The notes below the pieces were generated by a model that searched no databases, was not told where the DNA came from, and was given only the letters and a program-made list of their open reading frames with translations. A stretch of DNA of 64,000 nucleotides. Source: Alphaproteobacteria bacterium MarineAlpha9_Bin6 (GTDB taxonomy: Bacteria; Pseudomonadota; Alphaproteobacteria; UBA7887). The position numbers and the translations under genes are program-made. Shown here in pieces: positions 49,115 to 60,000 of this stretch. The number at the start of each line of letters is the position of its first letter. Position 1 is the stretch's first letter. The stretch is taken from the NCBI GenBank assembly GCA_002937585.1, contig PTKE01000003.1, positions 40-64,039 on the forward strand, written 5' to 3'.

Positions 49115-50908
49115 ATGGCGGACCACTACCGCGCACCTCTCGATGACATGCGGTTCGTACTCAACGAGTTGGTCGATCTCGATCGACTGGCAGAGGTAGG
49201 GGCCTTCGAAACGGCGACGCCAGACTTGGTCGATCAGGTTCTTGAGGAAGCGGCCAAGTTTGCCGAAAAGGTTGTCGCTCCACTGAATCAAGCCGGTGAC
49301 CAGCAGGGTGTGCGTCTGGAAAATGGCGTCGTCCGCATGCCGGACGGTTTTGTCGACTGTTATCGACAATATGTCGATGCAGGCTGGCCTGCTGTATGCG
49401 GTGATACCAATTATGGCGGCCAGGGCCTACCTTGGACACTGAACATCGCGCTTAGCGAAATATGGCAGGCAGCAAACATGTCACTCGCCAACGCCTGGAT
49501 GCTCACCCAAGGTGCGGTCGATGCCATTCAGGAACACGGAACCTCAGAACAAAAAGCTACCTATTTGCCGAAGTTGATCAGCGGTGAGTGGTCTGGAACC
49601 ATGAATTTGACAGAGCCCAATGCAGGCTCCGACGTGGGCGCACTCCGAACGAAAGCCGTTGCAGAGAATGGAGCTTGGAAAATCACGGGCACCAAGATTT
49701 TCATTACCCACGGCGACCAGGACATGAGTGAAAATGTGGTCCACCTGGTCCTCGCGCGTACACCCAACGCGCCTGAAGGAACTCGGGGCATTTCACTGTT
49801 TGTGGTGCCCAAATTAATGGTTGAGCCCGACGGCAGTCTGGGCACAAGAAACGACCTCCGGGTGGTATCTCTGGAACATAAGCTCGGACATATGGCAAGC
49901 CCGACCGCGGTTATGTCGTACGGGGATAATGAGGGCGCCATCGGTTATTTACTTGGCGAGGAAAATCAGGGCATGGCGTGCATGTTCACGATGATGAACA
50001 ACGCGCGCCTAAATGTCGCAGTGCAGGGGCTTGCAATCGCAGAACGCGCCTATCAACGTGCGCTTCAATGGGCAAAAGAGAGAATCCAAGGCAACGACAT
50101 CTCCGGCCGTTCGGCTGAAAAGGTGACGATCATTCGCCATCCCGACGTCCGCCGAATGCTGATGGATATGAAATCACAAATCGAGGCGATACGTGCACTG
50201 TGCTACTCGATCGCCGAGGCACGTGATCTCGCCAGCCAACACCCCGACGATGCGGTCCGAGAACAGTATCGCGGCTATCTCGACCTTATGACCCCAGTCG
50301 CCAAGGCCTGGAGCACAGACCAAGGATTTGAGATTGCCTCTATTGGGGTCCAGGTCCATGGGGGGATGGGGTATATTGAAGAAACCGGAGCTGCCCAGTA
50401 CCTGCGCGATGCTCGCATTACCATGATTTACGAAGGTACAAACGGGATTCAAGCTCTCGATCTAATTCGCCGAAAATTACCGCGCGAAATCGCCGCAACA
50501 AAGAAATTATTTTCGGAAATGCACGAGACCGTGCAGGCACTTTCAGACGATGGAAATCCTTCCCTCGCAGCTACCGGCGAACAACTCGCACCTGCGATCG
50601 CGTCGCTTGAAAAGGCTACCAGGTGGATGCGCGAAACTATATCCACCGATCCCGAGGCGGCCGCAGCTGGCGCCACTCAATTCTGTCGTATGCTTGGTTT
50701 CATCGCAGGCGGGTGGCTACTTGCCAAAAGCGCCTTGCGAGCCACAAAACTCGACGCCAATGGCAAAACGGTCAGTGGCATTGGCGTCACTAAAACACAG
50801 ATTGCGCGATTCTTTGCCGAACAGCACTTAGGTCCCGCGGCTGCCCTGCTAGGGCCAATAACCAACGCAAGAAACACTGTTATGGCACTTCCGGAGGAAA
50901 ACTTTTGA
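49115..50908 (+). CDS. long-form acyl-CoA dehydrogenase
   Basis: 597 aa with ACAD N-terminal, middle and C-terminal domains plus an extra C-terminal domain. Confidence 0.8.
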   Translation: MADHYRAPLDDMRFVLNELVDLDRLAEVGAFETATPDLVDQVLEEAAKFAEKVVAPLNQAGDQQGVRLENGVVRMPDGFVDCYRQYVDAGWPAVCGDTNYGGQGLPWTLNIALSEIWQAANMSLANAWMLTQGAVDAIQEHGTSEQKATYLPKLISGEWSGTMNLTEPNAGSDVGALRTKAVAENGAWKITGTKIFITHGDQDMSENVVHLVLARTPNAPEGTRGISLFVVPKLMVEPDGSLGTRNDLRVVSLEHKLGHMASPTAVMSYGDNEGAIGYLLGEENQGMACMFTMMNNARLNVAVQGLAIAERAYQRALQWAKERIQGNDISGRSAEKVTIIRHPDVRRMLMDMKSQIEAIRALCYSIAEARDLASQHPDDAVREQYRGYLDLMTPVAKAWSTDQGFEIASIGVQVHGGMGYIEETGAAQYLRDARITMIYEGTNGIQALDLIRRKLPREIAATKKLFSEMHETVQALSDDGNPSLAATGEQLAPAIASLEKATRWMRETISTDPEAAAAGATQFCRMLGFIAGGWLLAKSALRATKLDANGKTVSGIGVTKTQIARFFAEQHLGPAAALLGPITNARNTVMALPEENF

Positions 50909-51258
50909 GAGCTTCATTTATCCTTATATGCGGCTCCGTGATGCTCTTGCTGAGCACTTTCTCCAGTACCACAACACGCGCTGAGAACATCGATACTTCT
51001 TGTACTGTATTTCTTAACGACGTACGCACAATGGGCGCGTTGTTCGAAGATATATATTTGTCTTGGGCGATACACCAAATGGAACTACAGAACCAAATGG
51101 CCAGGCAACAAGGCATCGCCACACACCTCATCGATCTCGACCTCATTGACATCGACACACAGCGCAAGTTTTTGTTGGACTACTGTGAACAAAACCCCGG
51201 ACATGAGTTCGTGGATGGGGTGACGTTGCTTTACGATCAATTCCCCGAGGCTAAGTAA
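50905..51258 (+). CDS. small secreted protein, HdeA/HdeB-like periplasmic chaperone fold (tentative)
   Basis: 117 aa with a signal peptide and two Cys (TSCTVFLNDV...QGIAT...DYCEQ), resembling the HdeA WTCEDFLAV...QGIAT pattern. Its start overlaps the ACAD stop. Confidence 0.35.
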   Translation: MRASFILICGSVMLLLSTFSSTTTRAENIDTSCTVFLNDVRTMGALFEDIYLSWAIHQMELQNQMARQQGIATHLIDLDLIDIDTQRKFLLDYCEQNPGHEFVDGVTLLYDQFPEAK

Positions 51259-51288
51259 ACTCCAGTTATTTTACTCTCAGGAATTCCA

Positions 51289-52302
51289 TCAACGATTTGT
51301 GGGTCGGCCCTCAATCGGATAGGCAGGGTCCAAAAAGCCCGGAGTGGATGGATGGCCCGGACTGACCAGGTTATCGATCAAGGCTTCGTCTTCGGGTTTC
51401 CATTCGTGCTCAAAAGCCCCCAGATAAATTTTCATCTGAGCTACGGTCCGGGGCCCAGCAATAACCGAGGTCACGACCGGGTTCGCGAGAACCCAATGCA
51501 TCGCGAAATGAACTGGATCCATACCACGTGCGTTGGCATGTTCTACTACTGTTTCAGAGATTGTGAAGGATTCCTGACGGTACTCAGTCTGCATTATGCG
51601 CTTGTCATTCCGGGCTGCGCGGCTACCCCGCAAAGGCTTGCGACCCGATTTGTATTTTCCGGTCAATACTCCGCGAGCGATCGGGCTATAAGGCACCACA
51701 CCAAGGCCATGATGAGCACACACCGGCAACACCTCTACCTCAGGCATTCGGTTTAATGCGTTGTAATAGGGCTGACTGACCACCGGCTTGTCCATGCCAA
51801 GCTCCTTGCATAGCCATACCACCTCCGAATGACGCCAAGCGCGAAAATTGCTGAGTCCGAAATATCGAATTTTTCCAGCTCTGATTGCGTCCTCAACCGC
51901 ACGTAAAGACTCTTCAAACGCTGTCTCGTGGTCCTCCCGATGAAAATAGTAAATATCGATGTAATCCGTCCGGAGCCGACGCAAAGATTGCTCGAGCTGA
52001 TGCGTAATCCAGCGCCGGCTAAGACCACGCTGGTTTGGGTCAACACCCCCACCGAAAGGCCCACCAACTTTTGTTGCCAATACCCATTTATCGCGTTGTT
52101 TAGCGATTAACTTACCGGTAATTTTTTCGGACGTCCCACTTACGTACACATCTGCCGTATCAATAAAGTTGACGCCCGCATCTCGTGCCATAGCAACGAT
52201 GGTAGCAGCTGTTTTCTCGTTCGTTTGATCACCAAACAACATAGTTCCCAAACAAATAGGAGATACCTTTACACCACTCGAGCCTAGAACACGCAATTCC
52301 AT
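51289..52302 (-). CDS. aldo/keto reductase
   Basis: 337 aa AKR TIM-barrel (MELRVLGSSGVKVSPICLGTMLFG). Confidence 0.8.
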   Translation of the reverse strand: MELRVLGSSGVKVSPICLGTMLFGDQTNEKTAATIVAMARDAGVNFIDTADVYVSGTSEKITGKLIAKQRDKWVLATKVGGPFGGGVDPNQRGLSRRWITHQLEQSLRRLRTDYIDIYYFHREDHETAFEESLRAVEDAIRAGKIRYFGLSNFRAWRHSEVVWLCKELGMDKPVVSQPYYNALNRMPEVEVLPVCAHHGLGVVPYSPIARGVLTGKYKSGRKPLRGSRAARNDKRIMQTEYRQESFTISETVVEHANARGMDPVHFAMHWVLANPVVTSVIAGPRTVAQMKIYLGAFEHEWKPEDEALIDNLVSPGHPSTPGFLDPAYPIEGRPTNR

Positions 52303-52327
52303 ATCTACCTCTTGTGTATTTGTGAAC

Positions 52328-53170
52328 CTAGGCGAATGTGACGTCTGCGGTCATTGCCACAAACCCATCTGAGTCAACTGCCCACGTGTTAGCGCCAGTC
52401 TCCGTCGGAAAACCTTCGACCCTAAAGCGCAAACCAGCGAAAAGTGGTCTCTGTGCACGAATTACCACCGTCTCAATTGATTCGTACGGCCGCTCGCGGC
52501 GCACAAGTTCCAGCAGCAGAGTCGCAGTTAGAGGGCCGTGAACAATTAAACCGGGGTACCCCTCAACTTCGGTCACATAAGGCGTATCGTAATGGATCCG
52601 ATGACCATTGAAGGTTAATGCCGAATACCTGAACAGAAACACCGGATCAGGATCCACCACATTACTCCACTGAGCGGGTTTGATCGGTTGCTCTCCAGGC
52701 GGCATCTTATTGCCGCTTTTCGACTCTGATCGGTAGACAATGTCATGCTCTTCCTCGAGTGCGAGGCCACCGGATGCGTGATAGCTATGCTTAACCGTCA
52801 CAAGGGTAAGTTGGCCGGAACGCCCATTCTTTTCAGTAATCGATAAAATTTCGGAATCCCTGCGAACCTCTTCACCGATCCGTATAGGCTCGTGAAAGGT
52901 GAGACGATTTCCACCCCACATTCGCCGTGGAAGTTCAACGGGCGGCAGAAAACCACCACGTGGCGCATGACCGTCCTTGGACAACACCGATTGACGCGCC
53001 ATTTCCGCAAAGAACACCCAATGCCAGCCCGGCGGCAATGGATCACCCATTACGGGGTCTTGGGACAAATCGAACATCGCCGCCATGCCGGATGCCTGAC
53101 GCAAAGATGCCAGATCAAAGTTCTCTTCCCGGCGACCTATCCAATCACTCAGTCCGGATTGAGCGGTCAT
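52328..53170 (-). CDS. MaoC-like (R)-hydratase/dehydratase with two hot-dog domains
   Basis: 280 aa with N- and C-terminal hot-dog folds. Confidence 0.65.
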   Translation of the reverse strand: MTAQSGLSDWIGRREENFDLASLRQASGMAAMFDLSQDPVMGDPLPPGWHWVFFAEMARQSVLSKDGHAPRGGFLPPVELPRRMWGGNRLTFHEPIRIGEEVRRDSEILSITEKNGRSGQLTLVTVKHSYHASGGLALEEEHDIVYRSESKSGNKMPPGEQPIKPAQWSNVVDPDPVFLFRYSALTFNGHRIHYDTPYVTEVEGYPGLIVHGPLTATLLLELVRRERPYESIETVVIRAQRPLFAGLRFRVEGFPTETGANTWAVDSDGFVAMTADVTFA

Positions 53171-54297
53171 GCCATTATCTCCTCGAATTCCAAACGAATT
53201 GCATCACTGTGCTCGCCAAGTGCGGGAACCGGTCGATACCTTCGCACACCATCTGTAAATTCAACCGGCGGGGCAATTACCGTGATCGAACCACTTGGCG
53301 CATCGTAACCAATAGTCTCTAACTGGGGATGACGCACTAATTCCTCGACCTCATTGAGAGCTCCACACGCAATCCCTGCACTACGAAGTTGGTTCATCAA
53401 TTCCTCACGTGGCCAGCGCGCAAAATTTGCACATACCACCTTATCCAATTCCACTCGGTTATGGCCCCGTTTAGACGGAGTGTCGAAACGAGAATCCTTT
53501 TCTAGCTCCGGACGCTGAAATACTTGTTTACATAAGCGCCCCCACTCACGCTCGTTCTGGATAGAAATTAAGACCATCTTACCGTCAGATGCCGGAAAAG
53601 CCCCGTATGGCGCAATAGAAGGATGATGGAGACCGTGACGCCCTAGTGTTTGGCCTGTATGAACCTGGTACAAGTAAGGGACGTTCATCCAATCCGCCAT
53701 ACCTCCGAATAGGGAAACCTTTACACCCACTCCTACGCCGCTTCGTTCTCGATCGAAAAGACCTTCAAGGATACCCGAATAAGCGTTTAAACCCGCCGCA
53801 ATATCGCATACTGAGACACCGACACGCCCCGGCCCTTCAGGCCCACCAGTGATGGAGCAAAGCCCGGTTTCCGCCTGAACCAATAAGTCGTAGGCTTTCA
53901 TATCTGCGTACGAACCTGAGTCCCCATAACCGGAAATATCACAGGTAATCAGGCGGGGGTATTTCTCCCGAAGCTTGGAGGAACCGAATCCCGAACGCGC
54001 CGCGGCGCCCGGCAAGAGATTCTGGATAAATACATCGGCCCTGCTCAAGAGACGTCGCAAAAAAGCCGCATCATCGCTGTCTTTGATATCAAGAACGATC
54101 GACTCTTTCCCTCGATTCAACCAAACGAAATAAGCACTGTCACCGTTCACTACATTGTCGTAGTTCCTGGCAAAATCTCCGCCCTCCCGTTCGACTTTAA
54201 TTACACGAGCACCGGCATCTGCAAGTCTTGAGGAGCACAAGGGTGCTGCCACCGCCTGTTCCAGCGAAACAACTAGCAAGTTCTCAAGACTGGGCAT
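53167..54297 (-). CDS. CoA-transferase family III (CaiB/BaiF)
   Basis: Family III CoA-transferase sequence beginning at MPSLENLLVVSLEQAVAAP. The longer ORF start at 54474 would overlap the upstream ACAD. Confidence 0.75.
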   Translation of the reverse strand: MPSLENLLVVSLEQAVAAPLCSSRLADAGARVIKVEREGGDFARNYDNVVNGDSAYFVWLNRGKESIVLDIKDSDDAAFLRRLLSRADVFIQNLLPGAAARSGFGSSKLREKYPRLITCDISGYGDSGSYADMKAYDLLVQAETGLCSITGGPEGPGRVGVSVCDIAAGLNAYSGILEGLFDRERSGVGVGVKVSLFGGMADWMNVPYLYQVHTGQTLGRHGLHHPSIAPYGAFPASDGKMVLISIQNEREWGRLCKQVFQRPELEKDSRFDTPSKRGHNRVELDKVVCANFARWPREELMNQLRSAGIACGALNEVEELVRHPQLETIGYDAPSGSITVIAPPVEFTDGVRRYRPVPALGEHSDAIRLEFEEIMA

Positions 54298-54317
54298 GGA
54301 TTGGACTTGCGGCTCGC

Positions 54318-55520
54318 TCAATAAGATCGCGGCAAGCCGAGTACATGTTGGCCAATGTACCCAAGTATCATGTTGGTCGAGATAGGTGCGATCTGATAGA
54401 GGCGACTTTCGCGAAACTTCCGCTCGATATCGTATTCCTCGGCAAATCCGAAACCACCGAAGGTCTGCATACACATGTCAGCAGCGCCCCAAGCGGCGTC
54501 GCCGGCAAGCAATTTTGCCATATTTGCTTCAGGACCGCAGTGTATTCCAGCCTCGAATAGAGCTGCCGCTTTGCACACCATCAAATGCGCTGCTTCCATG
54601 GCCGCATGAGAGCGCGCAATCGGAAATTGCACACCTTGGTTTTGACCGATGGGGTGACCAAATACTTCACGCTCTTTGGCATACGCCGTAGCCCGATCAA
54701 TAAAAAAGCGCGTGTCACCAATAGACTCGCTACCGATCAGGATCCGTTCGGCATTCATGCCGTCAAGAATGTAACTAAATCCCTCCCCTTCCTTGCCGAT
54801 CAAGCTGTCCGCTGGAATTCGCATATCAGTGAAGAATAATTCCGTTGTCGCATGATTGATCATCGTGCGGATAGGTCGGATTTCGAGCCCTTCAACGTCG
54901 CGCATGTCCACCAGAAATACCGATAGGCCGTGACGACGTAGCTTGACTTCTTCTAAAGGGGTAGTTCGGGCTAATAGCAATAGGAGATCAGAATACTCGG
55001 CCCGACTGGTCCAGATTTTTTGGCCATTGACAACGTAACCATCTCCATCACGCACCGCCATGGTTCGTAGCTGGGTTGTATCGGAACCTGTATTGGGTTC
55101 GGTGACTCCAAACGCCTGAAGTCTCAGTTCACCCGATGCAATGCTAGGGAGATAGCGCTGCTTTTGTTCTGTCGAACCATGCCGCAGCACGGTTCCCATG
55201 ATATACATCTGCGCATGACAGGCTGCGCCATTACATCCAGAACGGTGGATTTCTTCTAAGATTGCAACCGCCGCGCTGATGGGAAGGCCGCTGCCACCAT
55301 ACATTTCTGGGATCAACGCCGCCAAGTAACCTGCTTCCGTCAGGGCAGCTACAAACTCGTTCGGATAGTCACGCTCGCGATCCTTTTCTCGCCAATATTC
55401 TCCTGGGAATTGAGCGCAAAGGCTACGAACTCCCTCTCGTATTTCAGGATAACTTTCAGTAAGTGAAATATGGGGCGGTGCGCCATCGCCGCTTACCGCG
55501 AGATCCGTGCGGTTAGACAT
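54318..55520 (-). CDS. acyl-CoA dehydrogenase
   Basis: 400 aa ACAD with all three domains. Confidence 0.8.
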   Translation of the reverse strand: MSNRTDLAVSGDGAPPHISLTESYPEIREGVRSLCAQFPGEYWREKDRERDYPNEFVAALTEAGYLAALIPEMYGGSGLPISAAVAILEEIHRSGCNGAACHAQMYIMGTVLRHGSTEQKQRYLPSIASGELRLQAFGVTEPNTGSDTTQLRTMAVRDGDGYVVNGQKIWTSRAEYSDLLLLLARTTPLEEVKLRRHGLSVFLVDMRDVEGLEIRPIRTMINHATTELFFTDMRIPADSLIGKEGEGFSYILDGMNAERILIGSESIGDTRFFIDRATAYAKEREVFGHPIGQNQGVQFPIARSHAAMEAAHLMVCKAAALFEAGIHCGPEANMAKLLAGDAAWGAADMCMQTFGGFGFAEEYDIERKFRESRLYQIAPISTNMILGYIGQHVLGLPRSY

Positions 55521-55785
55521 CGTGTTTTATCAACTTTCGTAAGCAATTGTTGGGCACTCTATAAGGCCCTGGACAAAGGCTCAAGCGCAGGAGGAAGCAA
55601 GTCTTCCGCCTAAGAGCGCGAATAGCGTATCTGGCAAAGGCCACAACCCAGAATGGTTCATGTCGGTTCAGAGATTGATCACCTTGATCGTAAAAGGTTG
55701 TTACTCGTTGCTCCCCATGCCACAGTGCGATATATTCCGTCGTATATAACCAGACTAGGCCAAATCAGGCACATACCTACACACG

Positions 55786-56775
55786 ATGATCGACCCGCAC
55801 GGCCGCCATATAAGCTATCTTCGCGTTTCAGTAACAGACCGCTGTGATTTTCGGTGTGTCTATTGTATGGCAGAAAATATGTCTTTTTTGCCGAAAGCTG
55901 ACGTGCTCACTCTCGAGGAAATCGACCGCCTGTGTTCCACCTTTGTAGGTCTGGGAGTTCGAAAGTTACGGCTTACCGGGGGGGAACCGTTAGTTCGCAA
56001 AAATATCATGTCGTTGGTCCGGAGCCTTGCCAGACACCTAGAGAGTGGGACGCTGGATGAGTTGACGCTCACGACTAACGGAAGCCAGTTACCAAAATAC
56101 GCAGCAGAGCTGTTCGACTGTGGAGTAAAACGCATCAATGTCTCCTGTGATACTTTGGACCCAGATCGCTTCCAAGCAATTACCCGCTGGGGTCAGCTGC
56201 AACAAGTGTACGATGGATTGGAGGCGGCTAAGGACGCAGGACTAAAGGTGAAAATTAATGCCGTCGCTTTAAAAGGCGTCAACGAGCATGAGTTTGACGA
56301 CATGATTACCTGGTGTGGAGACCAAGGTTTTGACTTGACTTTAATCGAGACAATGCCGATGGGTGAGATAACGGGTGACCGCACGGACCAATATCTCCCA
56401 CTCTCGCTGGTACGAAATCGGCTACGGAATCGATGGACGCTAACCGATATTGATTATCAGACTGGTGGCCCAGCCCGCTACATGAGGATCGAAGAGACGG
56501 GCCAGCGATTAGGTTTTATCACTCCCCTTACGCACAACTTCTGCGAGTCCTGTAACCGCGTTCGGTTGACTTGCACTGGAACGCTGTACATGTGCCTAGG
56601 GCAAGACGATTCCGCTGATCTTCGAACAGCATTGCGAAACAGCGAGGACGGGGAGTTGTTGGTCCAAGCAATCCACGAAGCAATCAGCCGCAAACCCAAG
56701 GGCCATGATTTCATGATTGACCGCCGTCGCACCACTCCTGCGGTGGATCGACACATGAGCGTAACAGGCGGCTGA
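55786..56775 (+). CDS. moaA: GTP 3',8-cyclase (molybdenum cofactor biosynthesis protein A)
   Basis: 329 aa radical-SAM protein with the CDFRCVYCM motif. Confidence 0.88.
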   Translation: MIDPHGRHISYLRVSVTDRCDFRCVYCMAENMSFLPKADVLTLEEIDRLCSTFVGLGVRKLRLTGGEPLVRKNIMSLVRSLARHLESGTLDELTLTTNGSQLPKYAAELFDCGVKRINVSCDTLDPDRFQAITRWGQLQQVYDGLEAAKDAGLKVKINAVALKGVNEHEFDDMITWCGDQGFDLTLIETMPMGEITGDRTDQYLPLSLVRNRLRNRWTLTDIDYQTGGPARYMRIEETGQRLGFITPLTHNFCESCNRVRLTCTGTLYMCLGQDDSADLRTALRNSEDGELLVQAIHEAISRKPKGHDFMIDRRRTTPAVDRHMSVTGG

Positions 56776-56891
56776 CACAGATGCGCTTTATGTGTTGATC
56801 GTTTGAGCCATTATCATTCCTAGCAACACCAATCTCGTACGCTCAATTATTTCTGGATGTTACCAAACGCTTCTAAGTGGGTCAGTAGCCT

Positions 56892-57659
56892 ATGAGTGAA
56901 CAAAAAATTGGATTCGTGGCCTCAACTTCGGCCCCAGCACAAGAAGCAATGAGCTTGCTCAAAGAATTTTACGGTGATTCACCTCTTGATGAGGCAACCG
57001 TAATCGTCGCCCTTGGTGGGGACGGATTCATGATCGAGACCCTGCACCAATTTATCGATCGCAAACTGCCCATCTATGGAATGAACCGCGGCTCAGTCGG
57101 TTTTCTTATGAACGGCTACGAGGATTCCGATCTTCCTGAGCGATTGGAGGCCGCGCAAGCCGCGACCCTACACCCCCTTTTAATGCGTGCTGAATGCAGG
57201 GATGGCTCGTTTGTTGAGGGCCTCGCCATAAACGAAGTGTCTCTAATCCGCGAAAGCCGGTATGCTGTTACGATCCGCATATCGGTCGATACTCGGGTAC
57301 GGCTGGACGAACTGATTTGTGACGGTGTAATGGTCGCAACCCCAGCTGGAAGCACCGCCTATAATCTTTCAGCGCAGGGACCTATACTCCCGCTCGGGTC
57401 CCGGCTTTTGGCGTTGACACCGATCTGCGCTTTCCGTCCGCGTCGTTGGCGCGGCGCATTAATCCCAGAAACGACCTCCGTGGTTTTAGATGTTTTAGAT
57501 GCGGATAAACGTCCTGTGACAGCAACTGCTGATTATACAGAAGCCCGTGATGTTGTTCGTGTTTCGGTGTCTCAGGAGCGTCAACAAACTTTGCGCTTAC
57601 TTTTTGACCCAGAACATGATCTTGAAGAGCGCATTCTCGCCGAACAGTTTCAACCATAA
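56892..57659 (+). CDS. nadK: NAD(+) kinase
   Basis: 255 aa with the GGDG motif ([11 protein letters not shown]) and the NadK C-terminus. Confidence 0.8.
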   Translation: MSEQKIGFVASTSAPAQEAMSLLKEFYGDSPLDEATVIVALGGDGFMIETLHQFIDRKLPIYGMNRGSVGFLMNGYEDSDLPERLEAAQAATLHPLLMRAECRDGSFVEGLAINEVSLIRESRYAVTIRISVDTRVRLDELICDGVMVATPAGSTAYNLSAQGPILPLGSRLLALTPICAFRPRRWRGALIPETTSVVLDVLDADKRPVTATADYTEARDVVRVSVSQERQQTLRLLFDPEHDLEERILAEQFQP

Positions 57660-57793
57660 ACGCAAATTATTGACTGTGCTTTAGGGTTGCACATTCTCGT
57701 TTCCTCCAATAGTTGGTGCAATTCATTGCCTATACTCAGCGACTATCATCCCCCGACATATCATCCACGGCTAATTCATTTTGGGAGGCACGA

Positions 57794-58561
57794 ATGGAAT
57801 TAATGAACTGTCACGCCATAGTGACGGGCGGCGCATCTGGGTTAGGTGCAGCCACGGCAGCAGCCGTCATCAACACTGGTGGCAAAGCAACAATCCTTGA
57901 TCGTGATGAGGGCCGCGGATCAGAAACCGTGAAAACCCTTGGAAAAGCAGCGCGTTTTCGATTGGCAGACGTCACCAACGAAACAGACATTGCGGATGCA
58001 GTCACGGAAGCAATAGGAGTATTCGGACCTATTTCTTTGGTCATCAACTGTGCCGGCGTGGGGACGCCCGGTAGAATTATCAGTCGAAAGGGCGTGCTTC
58101 CGCTGGCTACGTATACCAACGTGATCATGATAAATCTCGTGGGATCCTTCAACGTGATGAAGGCTTCTGCGGAAGCTATGCAAACCAATGACACCGACGC
58201 AGATGGCTGTAGGGGCCTAATTGTTAACACCGCCTCTGTTGCAGGGTATGAGGGACAAGTTGGGCAAGTTGCTTATTCGTCCTCCAAAGGCGGTATCATC
58301 GCGCTAACTCTTCCCGCCGCACGCGACCTCGCACAGTTCGGAATCCGAGTGGTTACGATTGCACCCGGCCTATTTGATACACCGATGATGGGGAACCTAC
58401 CAGAAGACGTCCAGGAATCTCTCGCAAAAAGCACACCTTTTCCTCAACGTCTGGGCACTAGCGAAGAGTATGCGGAATTAGCACTTGCCATCTTCAAGAA
58501 TAATATGATTAACGGCGAGACAATCCGACTGGATGGCGCGGTGCGCTTAGCACCAAGATAA
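57794..58561 (+). CDS. SDR family 3-hydroxyacyl-CoA dehydrogenase-like oxidoreductase
   Basis: TGGASGLG Rossmann and YSSSK catalytic motif. Start placed at the ATG after a GGGAGG RBS. Confidence 0.75.
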   Translation: MELMNCHAIVTGGASGLGAATAAAVINTGGKATILDRDEGRGSETVKTLGKAARFRLADVTNETDIADAVTEAIGVFGPISLVINCAGVGTPGRIISRKGVLPLATYTNVIMINLVGSFNVMKASAEAMQTNDTDADGCRGLIVNTASVAGYEGQVGQVAYSSSKGGIIALTLPAARDLAQFGIRVVTIAPGLFDTPMMGNLPEDVQESLAKSTPFPQRLGTSEEYAELALAIFKNNMINGETIRLDGAVRLAPR

Positions 58562-58606
58562 TAATGGAGATTCATGTAATCCTGGAAATACAAAAGGAGC
58601 CAATCA

Positions 58607-59395
58607 ATGGTTGACACGGTCTTGTTGGAAATCGATGGCGCGGTTGCGACCATGACACTTAATCGCCCAGACTCCCTGAACGCGATCGACCATGTACTTG
58701 CGAAAGATCTACGCGAGACAGCACTTGAGGCGGAAATGAACTCAAAGGTTCGATGTTTGGTGGTCCGTGGATCTGGACCCGCATTCATGGCGGGCGGTGA
58801 TATTCGAGCCTTTAAGGAGCGTCTCAGCAAAAATCTAGATCGTTACATCATAGATGTAACCCATGACCTCCACGATGCAATCATGGCTTTTCGGAGGATG
58901 CCCAAACCAGTGATCGCGAGTGTACACGGCGCCGCCGCTGGTGCCGGTTTCTCCTTGGCCATGTCCTGCGATATGGTGATTGCGACAGAAGACGCAGTAT
59001 TTACCCTCGCCTATTCTGTTCTAGGGGCAAGCCCAGATGGGTCTTCTACCTACTCACTGCCCCGCCTCGTTGGGTATCACCGAGCGATGGAGTTGATGTT
59101 ACTTAGTGATCGCTTCGGTGCGGAGCGTGCCCAGGACCTGGGTTTGATCAATTTCATCGTGCCTAAAGATGAGTTAAAAGCCGAAACCAAGAAACTTGCG
59201 GAGCGCCTCTCAAATGGCCCGACTTTCGCCTACGGGCGTGCCAAGGCACTGTTGGGGAAATCACTTGAGCGTGGCATCGGAGACCAACTGGACGCGGAGG
59301 CACAGAACATCATGGAATGTTCTCGCACCGCCGACTTCGCTGAAGGTGTTGACGCTTTTTTGAATAAACGGAAACCCACCTTCATTGGTCGATGA
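58607..59395 (+). CDS. enoyl-CoA hydratase/isomerase (crotonase) family
   Basis: 262 aa crotonase fold (GSGPAFMAGGDI). Confidence 0.8.
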   Translation: MVDTVLLEIDGAVATMTLNRPDSLNAIDHVLAKDLRETALEAEMNSKVRCLVVRGSGPAFMAGGDIRAFKERLSKNLDRYIIDVTHDLHDAIMAFRRMPKPVIASVHGAAAGAGFSLAMSCDMVIATEDAVFTLAYSVLGASPDGSSTYSLPRLVGYHRAMELMLLSDRFGAERAQDLGLINFIVPKDELKAETKKLAERLSNGPTFAYGRAKALLGKSLERGIGDQLDAEAQNIMECSRTADFAEGVDAFLNKRKPTFIGR

Positions 59396-59407
59396 CAAGC
59401 ACCAAGC

Positions 59408-59998
59408 TCATTTGATCGGCTGGGTAATAGTAAAAGCCCCACGAATTTCACCAATCTCAAAGCCACGCGCCTGATCGTTAGGATATATTTTATCTAACGC
59501 CGCAATCACCTCGAGGTCGAGGGCTTTCCCGTGGCACATCACACATACCTGACCGACCGGAATCGCTTTCATATACCGGAAGCGCGTATGGCCATTGGCA
59601 TCCACCATTTCAGCGTGCTCAAGGTTTGAAATTTTCTCGCCAGCATCTTTTCGAGCTTGGAATTTCTCAAGGATCGCGTGCTCCCATTCATCAGGGGTGT
59701 TCTCGGGATTACGAACTCGAAGGCTTGTGCGGCCAACGCTGAACTGACGCTCGTCAACCTCCTGAGACGTGGCCTCGGAAGCACCCGCTTTACACATGAA
59801 AAGTTTTTCCTCGACAGAAATCGACGCATCCAGTGCGGCCTTTAAGTAACCCTTTATATTTTTAGCCAAGCTCTTTACGGCGGCCCGGCTAGTAACGATA
59901 CGGTCTTCCAAATCATCCGCAGCCACGTCGGCCGGAATCCAACAGATCACTGCAATACATGCAACCAAGACCGTAACAATGTGCGTCATACCCTTCAT
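59408..59998 (-). CDS. DUF3365 (Tll0287-like) haem-binding periplasmic protein
   Basis: Signal peptide and a single C-terminal CxxCH (VCVMCHGK). Confidence 0.55.
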   Translation of the reverse strand: MKGMTHIVTVLVACIAVICWIPADVAADDLEDRIVTSRAAVKSLAKNIKGYLKAALDASISVEEKLFMCKAGASEATSQEVDERQFSVGRTSLRVRNPENTPDEWEHAILEKFQARKDAGEKISNLEHAEMVDANGHTRFRYMKAIPVGQVCVMCHGKALDLEVIAALDKIYPNDQARGFEIGEIRGAFTITQPIK

Positions 59999-60000
59999 AA

